64,000 bases of DNA, from contig CP142736.1 in assembly GCA_036630325.1 (NCBI GenBank), positions 310,001 to 374,000 of the forward strand. The letters are read 5' to 3'. This DNA comes from Vairimorpha necatrix (taxonomy: Eukaryota). Below are positions 22,860-33,056 of the stretch, one piece after another (within the stretch, counting starts at the first letter, position 1; each line of letters starts with the position of its first letter). The notes under the pieces were generated by a model. That model was not told the DNA's origin. It saw nothing but the letters and a program-made list of their open reading frames with translations, and did no database searches. The translations under genes were made by a program, and so were the position numbers.

Positions 22860-24577
22860 TTAATTATGCTGCTCAAGTTTTATTTTAGTCCTCGTGGAAT
22901 ACTGAAGTGATATACTCCCTATAATAAACCACAGGACTGTATAAAGCCACATTAAAAAGATACACCACCACATTCCTATTATAAATGTATCATTAGCATA
23001 AATAAACTCTTCTCCTGGTACTGAGCCCTGATTACTGTAAAATTCTACACCACTAAACTGATTTTGTATTAAAGCTGTAAACGCGTAATAAACTGGACTT
23101 ATAAAAATCATCCATCTCAACCAAGCAGGTATAGCATTTGTACTCCCAAATGCTCCACTATAAATAGTAAAAAACAATATACAAGTCCCACCAATAATCT
23201 GCGCAATATTCTGACTAGGACTTAATGAACTTATTGCTAATCCGAAAATTATAGAAAAATTTATTAAACTTGCGTAAATTATTAAACATATAAAAAATCT
23301 ACCTGCACCAGAATTAAGTCCTATAATCCAATATAAACAAGATAAATAAGAAATTTCATATATTAAATTAAAAGGTAACTCAGAAATATATTTAGATAAA
23401 AATGAAGTAAATGCGGAATACATTCCTGATCTTCTTTCTCTAATAATAACACGCTTTTCATCAGGGAAAACATTGAAAATTGGTGCACAAATTCCAAAAA
23501 GACAATTTAAAATTAAAAATGTTAAAGAACCTTTTCGGCTTGGTATTTCTAAGACAGTATTGTTCATTCTTAAATAAGCTAAGCCGAAAATTAATAAAAA
23601 TATTAATTTTTGTAAAATCTTGATTTTTAAATATGTCTTCTTTCTCCAATATTCTAAAATGTTTCTTTTTATTAATAAAGGTAAGATTACTTTATTATTA
23701 ATATTCTGCTTATTTGTAAGTGGTTTCGTTATATTTGGATTATGATTTATATTATGACTCATCCATACGTCATTAATATAATTTATTTTATTGTAACAAT
23801 TATTCATATTTTGATCATTTCTAGTGTCTAAACTTATAGTATCTAAAAAGAAATCTGTCGGGTTTGTATTTCTTGGTAAATTGTAACCACATTCTTTAAA
23901 AAAGTCTATACATTTTTCAAATGATCCTTCGTAGATCATTTTCCCTTGGGATAATAAAATGATTCTCTGAAAATATTGTATTTGATTATAAGAAGGCTGA
24001 TGAATTGTGACAATAATAGTTTTACCTATTTTAGCCAATTTAATTAATAATTCCAAAATATTTAAAGCATTAAATGAATCTAATCCACTTGTAGGTTCAT
24101 CTAAGAATAAAATACTAGGATTTCCTAATAATTCGAACCCATACTTAATCTCTTCTTTTCACCACCACTAAGTTTAGAAATTAAATCATTTTTAGATTTT
24201 ACTAGTCCCAATATATTGATGACGTCATCAACAGACAAATCAGAATTTTTTATTAATTTGCAGAAATTTAGAGTTTCAAAAACTGTCTGGTTTTCAAAAG
24301 AAAGGAATTCTTGTTCTACGTAGCCCATGATTTGTGGCCAATTTTGATCTCTAGGGTAAGAATTTAATAAAATTTCTCCTGATAATTTCATGTTTAAGGG
24401 TAGACGACCTGCTAAAGCGTTTAGTAAAGTTGTTTTGCCTGCTCCACTTGGGCCCATAAGAGCAGTCATTGAAGATGGGCCTACTATGCCTGAGATATTT
24501 TGGAGTAAATGTTTTTTTCCACTGTATAAATTGAGATTTCTCCAAATTAATTCATTTTCCTCTGTTGAGAAATTCAT
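22860..24577 (-). CDS. ABCG (White-type) half transporter; 1-bp frameshift at ~24138-24140
   Basis: Walker A GPSGAGKTT and LSGGEKKR in one frame; GFELLGNPSILFLDEPTSGLDS, TIHQPS and the ABC2 membrane domain in the next. Confidence 0.9.
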
Positions 24578-25245
24578 TAGGGGGAAAAGATGTACATTAA
24601 ATTTAATATTTGTAAAATTATAATATATATATATATTTGTATTACATTAATATTATTATATATAAATATATATTTGTAATATATAAATATATTGTATTGC
24701 ATTAATATATTGTATTACATTATTACAAATATATTGTATTACATTAATATTATAATATTTTTAGGAATAATTGCTATAAGGGTTATGCAGACCTGACAAA
24801 TATCTCATCCATGTCATGTTTAAACGACAATAATCAACAAACAAAAATATTCTCTAGAAATATCTTAATAAATGAAAGAATACTCTAGAAATATCCTAAT
24901 AAATGAACAAACAGAATAATACTCTAGAAATGAACAACACAAATATGTTCTAGAAATAAATTTATGTAAGCCCAGCACGACAGATGATCGAAGAGAAAAC
25001 TACAACAAAAGGCATGAAAAATAAATGAACTATAATTTTAATAAATTTCCATATATACAAGACAAATCTATAATTTTTATTGTTTTTGAGTTGATTTTAA
25101 TATATAATTAGATTTTGTTTGTTTTTCAATTAAGACTTTGTTTATGCAAATTTTCTATAAATAAATTTCTTTTTTTCATTCTGCATGAAAATTTATATCA
25201 ATATTTTTTTTTCATTTATTATACCAGTAAGAGTGATCTTTTATA

Positions 25246-25494
25246 TTATTGTTTACTAGACTGTAAGTGTAAAAGTGAAGGGTCCACATTCACTGTCTTT
25301 ATGCTTGTCCCTCTTACATAACATTCCTTGTAGAATATTACTTGCCCGTCTATATCTTCCATATTCATGTTTACTATATGCAGATTCATAAGTAAGTCAC
25401 ATTTCTTTAGGAATCCTCTGCATTTTGACCCACTTTTGAGTTCGAAGTTTATGTATTTATTTCTACTTAATCTTACAAGAGTGAGGGGATACAT
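25246..25494 (-). CDS. LSM4: Sm-like protein LSm4
   Basis: MYPLTLV..ELKSG..G.L..CD..MN..ECYVRGTSIK matches the LSm4 pattern. Confidence 0.82.
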   Translation of the reverse strand: MYPLTLVRLSRNKYINFELKSGSKCRGFLKKCDLLMNLHIVNMNMEDIDGQVIFYKECYVRGTSIKTVNVDPSLLHLQSSKQ

Positions 25495-25590
25495 TTAAGG
25501 GATAAAAAACTACAATATTTTATAATAAGAATAATCATTTTAAAATAAGAGAATGATCATTTTAAAATTAGATATGATATTTGTTTTATA

Positions 25591-25806
25591 TTATTTCCTG
25601 TATAGATAATCTATTACACTCCCTCTTACAAATAGAGACTTAAAAGGTACACATTTGTCTAGTGTCTGATATTCCCCATTTATAAGGAATGAGTTAAGAT
25701 ATCCGTCTATAGAAATCAGAGTCCCAGATATTTTAGTATTATCAAACTGCCTGATAATTATGTCAGAATCCACAAATGACTCGTAAATATTGAACTCATT
25801 TTCCAT
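25591..25806 (-). CDS. Sm/LSm protein (LSm6/SmF-like)
   Basis: Sm1 GTLISIDGYLN and Sm2 LFVRG motifs; CCC before ATG. Confidence 0.8.
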   Translation of the reverse strand: MENEFNIYESFVDSDIIIRQFDNTKISGTLISIDGYLNSFLINGEYQTLDKCVPFKSLFVRGSVIDYLYRK

Positions 25807-26066
25807 TTAGAAGGGTAAAAACAAATGAAATAATTATATAAATAACACATTATATAGAAGATTAGTATTATATAGAAGATTAGATATATAGAAAATGTAT
25901 TATATAGAAGATTAGATATATAGTATAGATCATTTAAGTTAATTTAATATTATATAAGTAAATATAACATAATAATACTACAAATATAATACTACAAATA
26001 TAATACTACAAATATAATATTACGAATATGACATTAGATATATAATATTGATATTATTAAGTTTGT

Positions 26067-27017
26067 TTATTCCTCATTATATGATTCTATAAATGTATAC
26101 GCAAAATTAGTCCCTGTCTCTTCCTCGTCACTATCTTCTATAATCCTGTCACTCTTCCAACTCTCACTGATCTTCTTAAACTTCTCAAGAGACTTCTCTT
26201 CTACACAGGAAAAGAAGGCATATTCCTTAGGAAGCCCATACCTAAGAAAACACTCTATAAAAAGCTTGAGCATCTTCAAGTGTACGAGGATCTTGTACAA
26301 TTCTACGAAATGTGTCTCTACGAATAAATCAAGCCCATCTGGCTCACTGAAAGGTAAAGGGGGCATATTCGTCTCTTTTATATGAAATCCCTTCAGACTG
26401 CATTCCTTCTTGAAGTCTTTTACATGTGTCTTAAGGATTAAGATCTTGTACAGAATATATTTCTCGTCTTCTTCTATTTTCACTAGTGTCTCCTCTGAAG
26501 CCATCTCTGAATTACAAATGAACTCTGAGAAATCTGACGAGTCTTTTTCTACCACCAAGTAGATCTCCTCTAGGAATTCATATTCAGTCAGGTTTATATT
26601 TAGATCTTTCTCTAGAATATCTCCTTGTGTCCTCTTCCTTAATTTCTCACTATATTTCTTATATTTCATATTGTCTTCTTTCTTCTTATTGTAAATATTC
26701 TTTATGTGTAATAAATCCTCCTCTAGCATCTTGAGACATTCTTCCAGATCTAAGCAGGCGTATTTCTCTGTGTCCCAGTGACACAAGTTTCTCTCGAATT
26801 TGTATGTTTTTATTCTACTAAATCCCTTGATCAAGTCTATACATTCCTTCTCTGATTTATTTAGTGAGTCGTCGTATGAATTACAAGATGAGATATTCAG
26901 ATGTATGAAGTCTGGGATATTTATTATCTCCAGATTTATATTATATTTTCTCTTGTACTGTATTATTTCTTCTTGTATATTTATATTCTCTTCTAGTGGG
27001 AGGCCTATGAGTAGCAT
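26067..27017 (-). CDS. VMA5: V-type ATPase V1 subunit C
   Basis: WDTEKY and HLKMLKLFIECFLRYGLP motifs. Confidence 0.88.
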   Translation of the reverse strand: MLLIGLPLEENINIQEEIIQYKRKYNINLEIINIPDFIHLNISSCNSYDDSLNKSEKECIDLIKGFSRIKTYKFERNLCHWDTEKYACLDLEECLKMLEEDLLHIKNIYNKKKEDNMKYKKYSEKLRKRTQGDILEKDLNINLTEYEFLEEIYLVVEKDSSDFSEFICNSEMASEETLVKIEEDEKYILYKILILKTHVKDFKKECSLKGFHIKETNMPPLPFSEPDGLDLFVETHFVELYKILVHLKMLKLFIECFLRYGLPKEYAFFSCVEEKSLEKFKKISESWKSDRIIEDSDEEETGTNFAYTFIESYNEE

Positions 27018-27303
27018 GAAGGGGTAAATAAATAAGGACAGAGTTCTTTAGTGAAATGTCCCCACATGAAACAACTGTCAACCATGAAACAACTGTCAAC
27101 ATATAATACAAATTTATATTATATGATAAAATATATATTGTACGATATCATATTGGATAATATATATTGAGAGTATGTTCAAGATATATACTGTACATAA
27201 GATAAATATTCCTGTTTATAGTTTAACCCTATATGGTATCTAATTCTATATGTTTTATCAGGCGCTCTTCGGGATATTTTAAAATTTTCATTTTCTTGCC
27301 CTT

Positions 27304-27957
27304 ATGTTCACGTTGCCTAAACTTAAATACGAGTACAATTCCTTAGAGCCCGTCATCAGTGAGGATATTATGATCACTCACCATAAGGAGCATCATCAGA
27401 CTTATGTAAACACTCTCAATAAACTAGTACAAGACAATAAGCTACAAGGGAAATCTCTGAATACTCTCTTATATGGTAATAATAGGGATACCCTCCTTGA
27501 TAAACAATTAAGGGACTACGGAGGTGGTCACTTCAATCACAGTCTCTTCTGGGTGATGATGTCTCCTCAGAAGAAGGATATTCCTGATGATCTCCTCTTC
27601 CTCATCTCTGAGGCCTTCGGGTCACTAGAGAAATTCAAGGAGGAATTTAATTTCATGGCTACTAAGTTATTTGGATCGGGGTGGGTCTGGTTAGTCTACA
27701 AGGATAAGGTGTATATTGAGACTAGTACTAATCAGGATAATCCTATGATGAGGGACTGTAAAGTCATTCCTCTACTGTGCCTTGATGTCTGGGAACATGC
27801 TTATTATTTACAGTATAAAAATAGGAGAAAGGAGTACATTGAGAAGTGGTGGAATGTAGTGGACTGGGAAGCAGTGAATGAAATATATCAAGAGTGTGTA
27901 GTGAATAAGAAGAATTTACAAGTAACCTCAGATGGACTCATTAATTTCAGTAAATAA
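27304..27957 (+). CDS. Fe/Mn superoxide dismutase (Mn-type signature)
   Basis: HHKEHHQTYV, GGGHFNHSLFW, FGSGWVWL, DVWEHAYY. Confidence 0.97.
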   Translation: MFTLPKLKYEYNSLEPVISEDIMITHHKEHHQTYVNTLNKLVQDNKLQGKSLNTLLYGNNRDTLLDKQLRDYGGGHFNHSLFWVMMSPQKKDIPDDLLFLISEAFGSLEKFKEEFNFMATKLFGSGWVWLVYKDKVYIETSTNQDNPMMRDCKVIPLLCLDVWEHAYYLQYKNRRKEYIEKWWNVVDWEAVNEIYQECVVNKKNLQVTSDGLINFSK

Positions 27958-28131
27958 TCATTAACTATTTATACTGTTTTATATGATCTATATTTTATAG
28001 GTCTCATATGCCTTATATTTAATATGCTCTATTTTATATGCCTTATATTTAATATGCCCTATATGCTTATCAGTATATAATCCACCATTTTCCAAATATT
28101 CATCTTTATTCAAATATAATTCCTTCCTCTA

Positions 28132-30315
28132 TTAATTTCTATATTTTATTAGGAGAATATCTCGTATGAGTAAATTCGCTCTCTTATCTATTTCTATACA
28201 CTCTACTAGTTCCATAAGTATCCCATTTATTATGTAAATGTTCTTATACTTGATAATTATCTCTAATATTGTAAATATCTCGGAATATTCTATCTGATAT
28301 TTCATCCTCTTTAACTTCCCTTTGATAATATTGATCATCTTTCTATTGTCAATATTATCCCCAATCAATACTTCATATACTTCCTTGGAGTATAAATTAG
28401 TACTGAGAATACTGAAGAGCACTCTAATGCTCACTTTATATTTTACATATTCCTTGAATAAGATCTTGTCTTCTTTAAAATGCATCATTATTCTATCTCT
28501 GTTTACATTATATTTCATTAAGCCGTAAGGGACTTTGTTGTTTAATAAACAAACTTGTACATAAAAGTGAAGAAACTTTGTATGGTCCAGAAAAGGCTTA
28601 CAAATCTCATACATGTAGTCAGGACATGAATGATATTTCATATATTTTAGTATGTCTAAAAATATTTTGTCTCTAAGCGTATTGTGGTCTTCTATATTTG
28701 TTTTATTTATATTCTCTAAATAAGTGTATTTAACCTCGTTCTTTTCTATATTGGATATGTCTTGACTATTTATAATCTTATTAAGTATCTTCCTTAGTAT
28801 TTCTTCTTCTTGGTATATTTCTTCCATCTTAAATATCCTCTCTACATATTTCAGTAAGATCTCTTTCCTGAAAAATCCTAAATATTTTATTAATACTTTC
28901 TTATCTTTTAATTCTTCAAATATATCATATCCCTTATTTATAAGGTCAATTATAAATGTTTCATTTATCTCTAATTTACATAATTCCTTAGCTGTCTCTT
29001 CATTTGTAATATCTTCTATTGAAATTAGTGGACTAAGATATTTCTCTTTTATAAGTTTGAGTAAATATTCGTATCTTCTAGTGTATTTGATGAATAATAT
29101 CACATATTGTAAATGGTCCTTATTGTGGAAATTATCATTTAGGAAATCTGTGACACATTCGTCTTTGTCGTAGAGGAATAAATTTCTAAGAATTTCATTC
29201 CCTTGGTTTATTATTCTATAATCTGGGTCTTCGTCAAATTTATCATTCTCATATTTATCCACTTTAATTGATTTAGCTTTTTGATCTACTTTATTTAAAT
29301 TATCTTCTTTGGCGTGCGTATACCCAAATAACTTATTATTGGTAAGTTTCTTGTTGACTATCATGATAAGTCTCTTCTTATATTTATATTTCTCTATTAC
29401 ACCCTTCTTGATTTTATATTCTATAACTTTTAAAATACATTTAGTCTTAATTTCATTCCTAATCATATAAATATACTCAAGTATTTCTTTATTAAACTTC
29501 TTCAATTTGATAATTTCTTCTTTTTCTTTTACTACTTGAAAAATTCTCAATCTTTCATTTTTGAATTTTTTATGCAAATAAATATTTTTATAAAATTCTG
29601 CACTTTGTTTGCTTAAATAAACAAACTCTCTAAATTTATATAATTCGTCAATATTAAGAAAATCTAGTTTACTTTCTCTAACTCGTTTTAAAAAATTAGG
29701 TGGTCCTACAAAGAATCCCAATTTAATGTAATATTCTTCATTATCTAAATCTGATAATTTGGTTTTTATTATTTGTAATTGTGTAGGAGTAAATTGTACT
29801 TGTGTTATTAGTTTATATAAAATTATACAGATTTGAGTACTTAAAGGCTGGTCTAAGAGAGATGAAATAATTATTGGGTTGTAGTTTAAGATTTCTAGAA
29901 TGTTGGTTGGAGTATTGAGAAGGGAAATTAGTAAAGAGTAGGATTTGTATGATTTGGGGATTAGAGGGATGATGTCTTCTCTGTTTATTTCGTCTTTGTT
30001 CATTTTGTTTGTTTCGAATTTGTTGATTATCTTCACGTCTTTGTTTGTTTTTGCTTGCTCATCTTTTTTATTTATTTTTGCTAGCTGTAGATCTTGAATT
30101 ATTTCTTTTTGCTCTTCCGTTCGCTCTCCTTTATTTAAAAATTCTTCCGTTTGGTCGTCTTTATTTATAATTTCTTTTTGCTCATCTTTATTTAAAATTT
30201 CTTCTGCTGGTTGATCTTCGTCTTTCAATGTCAAAATTGCTTCTTGCTCATCCTTAAGTTTTTCTTTATTTTGACGTGTGGCTTTTGAAATTTCTTCTTG
30301 TTTTAGAAATGGCAT
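28132..30315 (-). CDS. Hypothetical helical protein with N-terminal EEILNKDEQ-like repeats
   Basis: 727-aa ORF, CCC before ATG; no family recognised. Confidence 0.8.
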   Translation of the reverse strand: MPFLKQEEISKATRQNKEKLKDEQEAILTLKDEDQPAEEILNKDEQKEIINKDDQTEEFLNKGERTEEQKEIIQDLQLAKINKKDEQAKTNKDVKIINKFETNKMNKDEINREDIIPLIPKSYKSYSLLISLLNTPTNILEILNYNPIIISSLLDQPLSTQICIILYKLITQVQFTPTQLQIIKTKLSDLDNEEYYIKLGFFVGPPNFLKRVRESKLDFLNIDELYKFREFVYLSKQSAEFYKNIYLHKKFKNERLRIFQVVKEKEEIIKLKKFNKEILEYIYMIRNEIKTKCILKVIEYKIKKGVIEKYKYKKRLIMIVNKKLTNNKLFGYTHAKEDNLNKVDQKAKSIKVDKYENDKFDEDPDYRIINQGNEILRNLFLYDKDECVTDFLNDNFHNKDHLQYVILFIKYTRRYEYLLKLIKEKYLSPLISIEDITNEETAKELCKLEINETFIIDLINKGYDIFEELKDKKVLIKYLGFFRKEILLKYVERIFKMEEIYQEEEILRKILNKIINSQDISNIEKNEVKYTYLENINKTNIEDHNTLRDKIFLDILKYMKYHSCPDYMYEICKPFLDHTKFLHFYVQVCLLNNKVPYGLMKYNVNRDRIMMHFKEDKILFKEYVKYKVSIRVLFSILSTNLYSKEVYEVLIGDNIDNRKMINIIKGKLKRMKYQIEYSEIFTILEIIIKYKNIYIINGILMELVECIEIDKRANLLIRDILLIKYRN

Positions 30316-30550
30316 TTCTTTAGGGTAGTAATCAAAGAAGAATAAGTAGAAAGTCAGATTGTTGTGACTTGGAAATTTGCTTTTATCTTTAAATAAAATA
30401 TATCTTATTTTATTTAGGTGTATTTATAAATTATATCTTAAAATATAACACATTTTAATTTATTATGTCTTACTGTAATTTATTTCATGTTATTGTGTCT
30501 TACAGTGTTTCATTAGCTTAAAAATGCAATTTTAAATTTCTAAATTTTTT

Positions 30551-30576
30551 TTCTAGAAAAAATGAATTTTCTTGAA
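30551..30576. promoter_or_regulatory. Heat-shock elements upstream of Hsp70
   Basis: TTCtaGAA (30551-30558) and GAAttTTCttGAA (30564-30576), alternating nGAAn units ~45 bp before the start. Confidence 0.65.
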
Positions 30577-30618
30577 TTTTTTTTTCTATAAATTGAATTT
30601 TTTTTCATGCCCCTCAAA

Positions 30619-32658
30619 ATGAGTGAACCCAGTAAAACTTCAAATGCAATTGGTATTGATTTAGGCACAACATATTCATGCTGTGGTGCTTACATTAATG
30701 GTAAAGTAGAGATTATTACTAACCCTGATGGAGACAGGACTACTCCTTCTATCGTCGCCTTTGGTGACTCTGGGAATATTGTAGTCGGTTCTGCTGCTAA
30801 GAGTATGTACACTAGTGACCCGAGTTCTGTAGTCTTTGACGCTAAGAGAATGATAGGCAGAGGATTTGATGATGAAAATATTCAGAAATGCGTGTCAAAA
30901 TGGCCATTCAAAGTCGTCAGATACAATTTCAAAGAGAAGAAAGAAGAAGCTGCCCCTGCTCCAGGAGCCCAGAAAGTTATAGACAATATTGCTATTAAGA
31001 TTGAGAAGAATGGGAAAGTAGATTATTACGCTCCTATTGAAATTTCATCAAGAGTCTTGACATACATGAAGAGAGCCGCCGAAGCCAGACTTAGTACAAA
31101 AGTCGACTCTGTGGTCGTGACAGTCCCAGCTTACTTTGAGGAGCCCCAGAAAGAAAGAACAAAAGAAGCCGCTATTATTGCAGGATTTAAACCAGAGAAC
31201 ATTAGATTACTCGCTGAGCCCACTGCTGCTGCTATGGCTTATGGTCATATTATGACTCAAGGAGATTCTCCCCTTGAGACTAAAGAAGATGTCCTTGTAT
31301 TTGATCTTGGTGGTGGTACTTTTGATGTGTCAGTCTTAGACTTTGAATTTAGTAAAGAAAATGGATCAGTGGGAATTACAAAGGCCACAGACGGGAACAC
31401 TTTCTTAGGAGGAGTAGATTTTGACAATCTCTTGATCCAACACACTCTTGCCGAATTTAAGAAGAAGAACAGAATTGATGATAAAGAAGAATTTAAACAG
31501 AACAGTATCTTGAGATTAAGAGCAGAAGTCAATAAAGTCAAGGCTTTATTAAGTTCTACTACTAATGCCCAGATTTATGTCCCATGCTTCCACGGAACAG
31601 TAGATTTGAATGTTGACATCACAAGGACAAGATTCGAATATTTATGTGACTCCTTATTTAAGAATTGCTTAGAAAGAGTAAAAGGATGTCTTTTATTATC
31701 TGAAGATATAAAAGGAGTAAATTATTCTAAGGATGGTACTAAATTATTACTTACCCCAGAATTAGAGAGACAACTTAATGATATCAAAAATAGAATCAAG
31801 AAAGTCATTCCAGTAGGAGGATCATCAAGAATCCCAAAAATCAAGAGTATGCTTTGTGATTATTTCGGAGCTAATAAAGTAGTCGAACCAGTAAACCCTG
31901 ACGAAGCTGTGGCTTATGGTGCTGCTTATCAAGCCGCTTCAGTCTTCTCTGACGTCATAGGCGACAGTAATGGCTTATTGCTCATTGACTGCTGTCCTCT
32001 AGACTTGTCTATTGAAACTGCTGGTGGTGTGGCCACTGTCTTAATTCCCAGAAATAGTTCTATCCCTGTAAAGAAGACTGAGACATTTACTACCTACTCT
32101 GATAACCAAACAGCAGTAACTATCAATGTCTACGAAGGAAACAGAGCTCTTGCTAAAGAAAACAATCTCATTGGTTCATTTAACTTAGATGGCATTATAC
32201 CTGCCCCAAGAGGAGTCCCAAAGATCGAAGTCACTTTTGATGTAGACAATAATGGTGTACTAAACATCACTGCTGAAGACAAACAAACCAGTAAACAATC
32301 ATCACTTACCGTATCAAATACTCAGAGTAGATTGACAGACGAACAAATTCAGAGAATGAAAGAAGCTGCTGAGGAACATGAAAAAGCAGACGAAAAAGTA
32401 AAAGAACTAATTTCTAAGAAAAATGGATTTGAATCAATGCTTAACAGTTTTAAAGGAGCAGTAGAACAACATCAACAATTACCACAGGAAAAGAAAGACG
32501 AAATATTAGGAAAATTAAAGCCTTATGAAGAATGGGTCTACGGAATTGATGGAACTAATTTTGATGAAGCAGAAATGGACCAGAAAGATCAAGAACTTAA
32601 AGATATGATCAAAGAAATCATGCCAGCAGGAGGACCAACAACAGCACCAGCTGCATAA
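30619..32658 (+). CDS. HSP70: Cytosolic Hsp70
   Basis: GIDLGTTYS, VFDLGGGTFDVS, VGGSSRIP, NPDEAVAYGAA. Start placed at the ATG after CCCCTCAAA (alternative 30607). Confidence 0.96.
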   Translation: MSEPSKTSNAIGIDLGTTYSCCGAYINGKVEIITNPDGDRTTPSIVAFGDSGNIVVGSAAKSMYTSDPSSVVFDAKRMIGRGFDDENIQKCVSKWPFKVVRYNFKEKKEEAAPAPGAQKVIDNIAIKIEKNGKVDYYAPIEISSRVLTYMKRAAEARLSTKVDSVVVTVPAYFEEPQKERTKEAAIIAGFKPENIRLLAEPTAAAMAYGHIMTQGDSPLETKEDVLVFDLGGGTFDVSVLDFEFSKENGSVGITKATDGNTFLGGVDFDNLLIQHTLAEFKKKNRIDDKEEFKQNSILRLRAEVNKVKALLSSTTNAQIYVPCFHGTVDLNVDITRTRFEYLCDSLFKNCLERVKGCLLLSEDIKGVNYSKDGTKLLLTPELERQLNDIKNRIKKVIPVGGSSRIPKIKSMLCDYFGANKVVEPVNPDEAVAYGAAYQAASVFSDVIGDSNGLLLIDCCPLDLSIETAGGVATVLIPRNSSIPVKKTETFTTYSDNQTAVTINVYEGNRALAKENNLIGSFNLDGIIPAPRGVPKIEVTFDVDNNGVLNITAEDKQTSKQSSLTVSNTQSRLTDEQIQRMKEAAEEHEKADEKVKELISKKNGFESMLNSFKGAVEQHQQLPQEKKDEILGKLKPYEEWVYGIDGTNFDEAEMDQKDQELKDMIKEIMPAGGPTTAPAA

Positions 32659-32780
32659 GTAAGACAATAAAGAAATTATTTTTAAAAAAAAACATTTTTT
32701 ATAATATTAATATATCTTGTTTTAAATAAATTTTACTTTTTAAATATTAGTTTTCATATTTAATATTATAAAGCATATTC

Positions 32781-33056
32781 TCCTACAACACCACCTTAGG
32801 TGCTCTAGTAGCAGATAAGTATGGAATCTGTGACTCGCAGATTAAGCACATACTATCAAAAGTAGACAACAGGCAGATCAGGAACTACACCAGGCTTCGG
32901 TGTAATTTAGTCAGATGGTCTTCTGCTTTGGCTAATGCCAACAGAATCCCTCCTTTTTATAGGACTCATTGTTTCCTATGTGAGGGAGAATGAGAAGACC
33001 TTGAACACTTCTTGTTAGACTGTCCGACGCTCTCTAACACAAGATCTCTATATGAG
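32781..33056 (+). repeat. 276-bp near-identical copy of the LINE ORF2 3' region (37873-38148)
   Basis: Direct repeat with about 6 substitutions, one creating a TGA. Confidence 0.95.
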
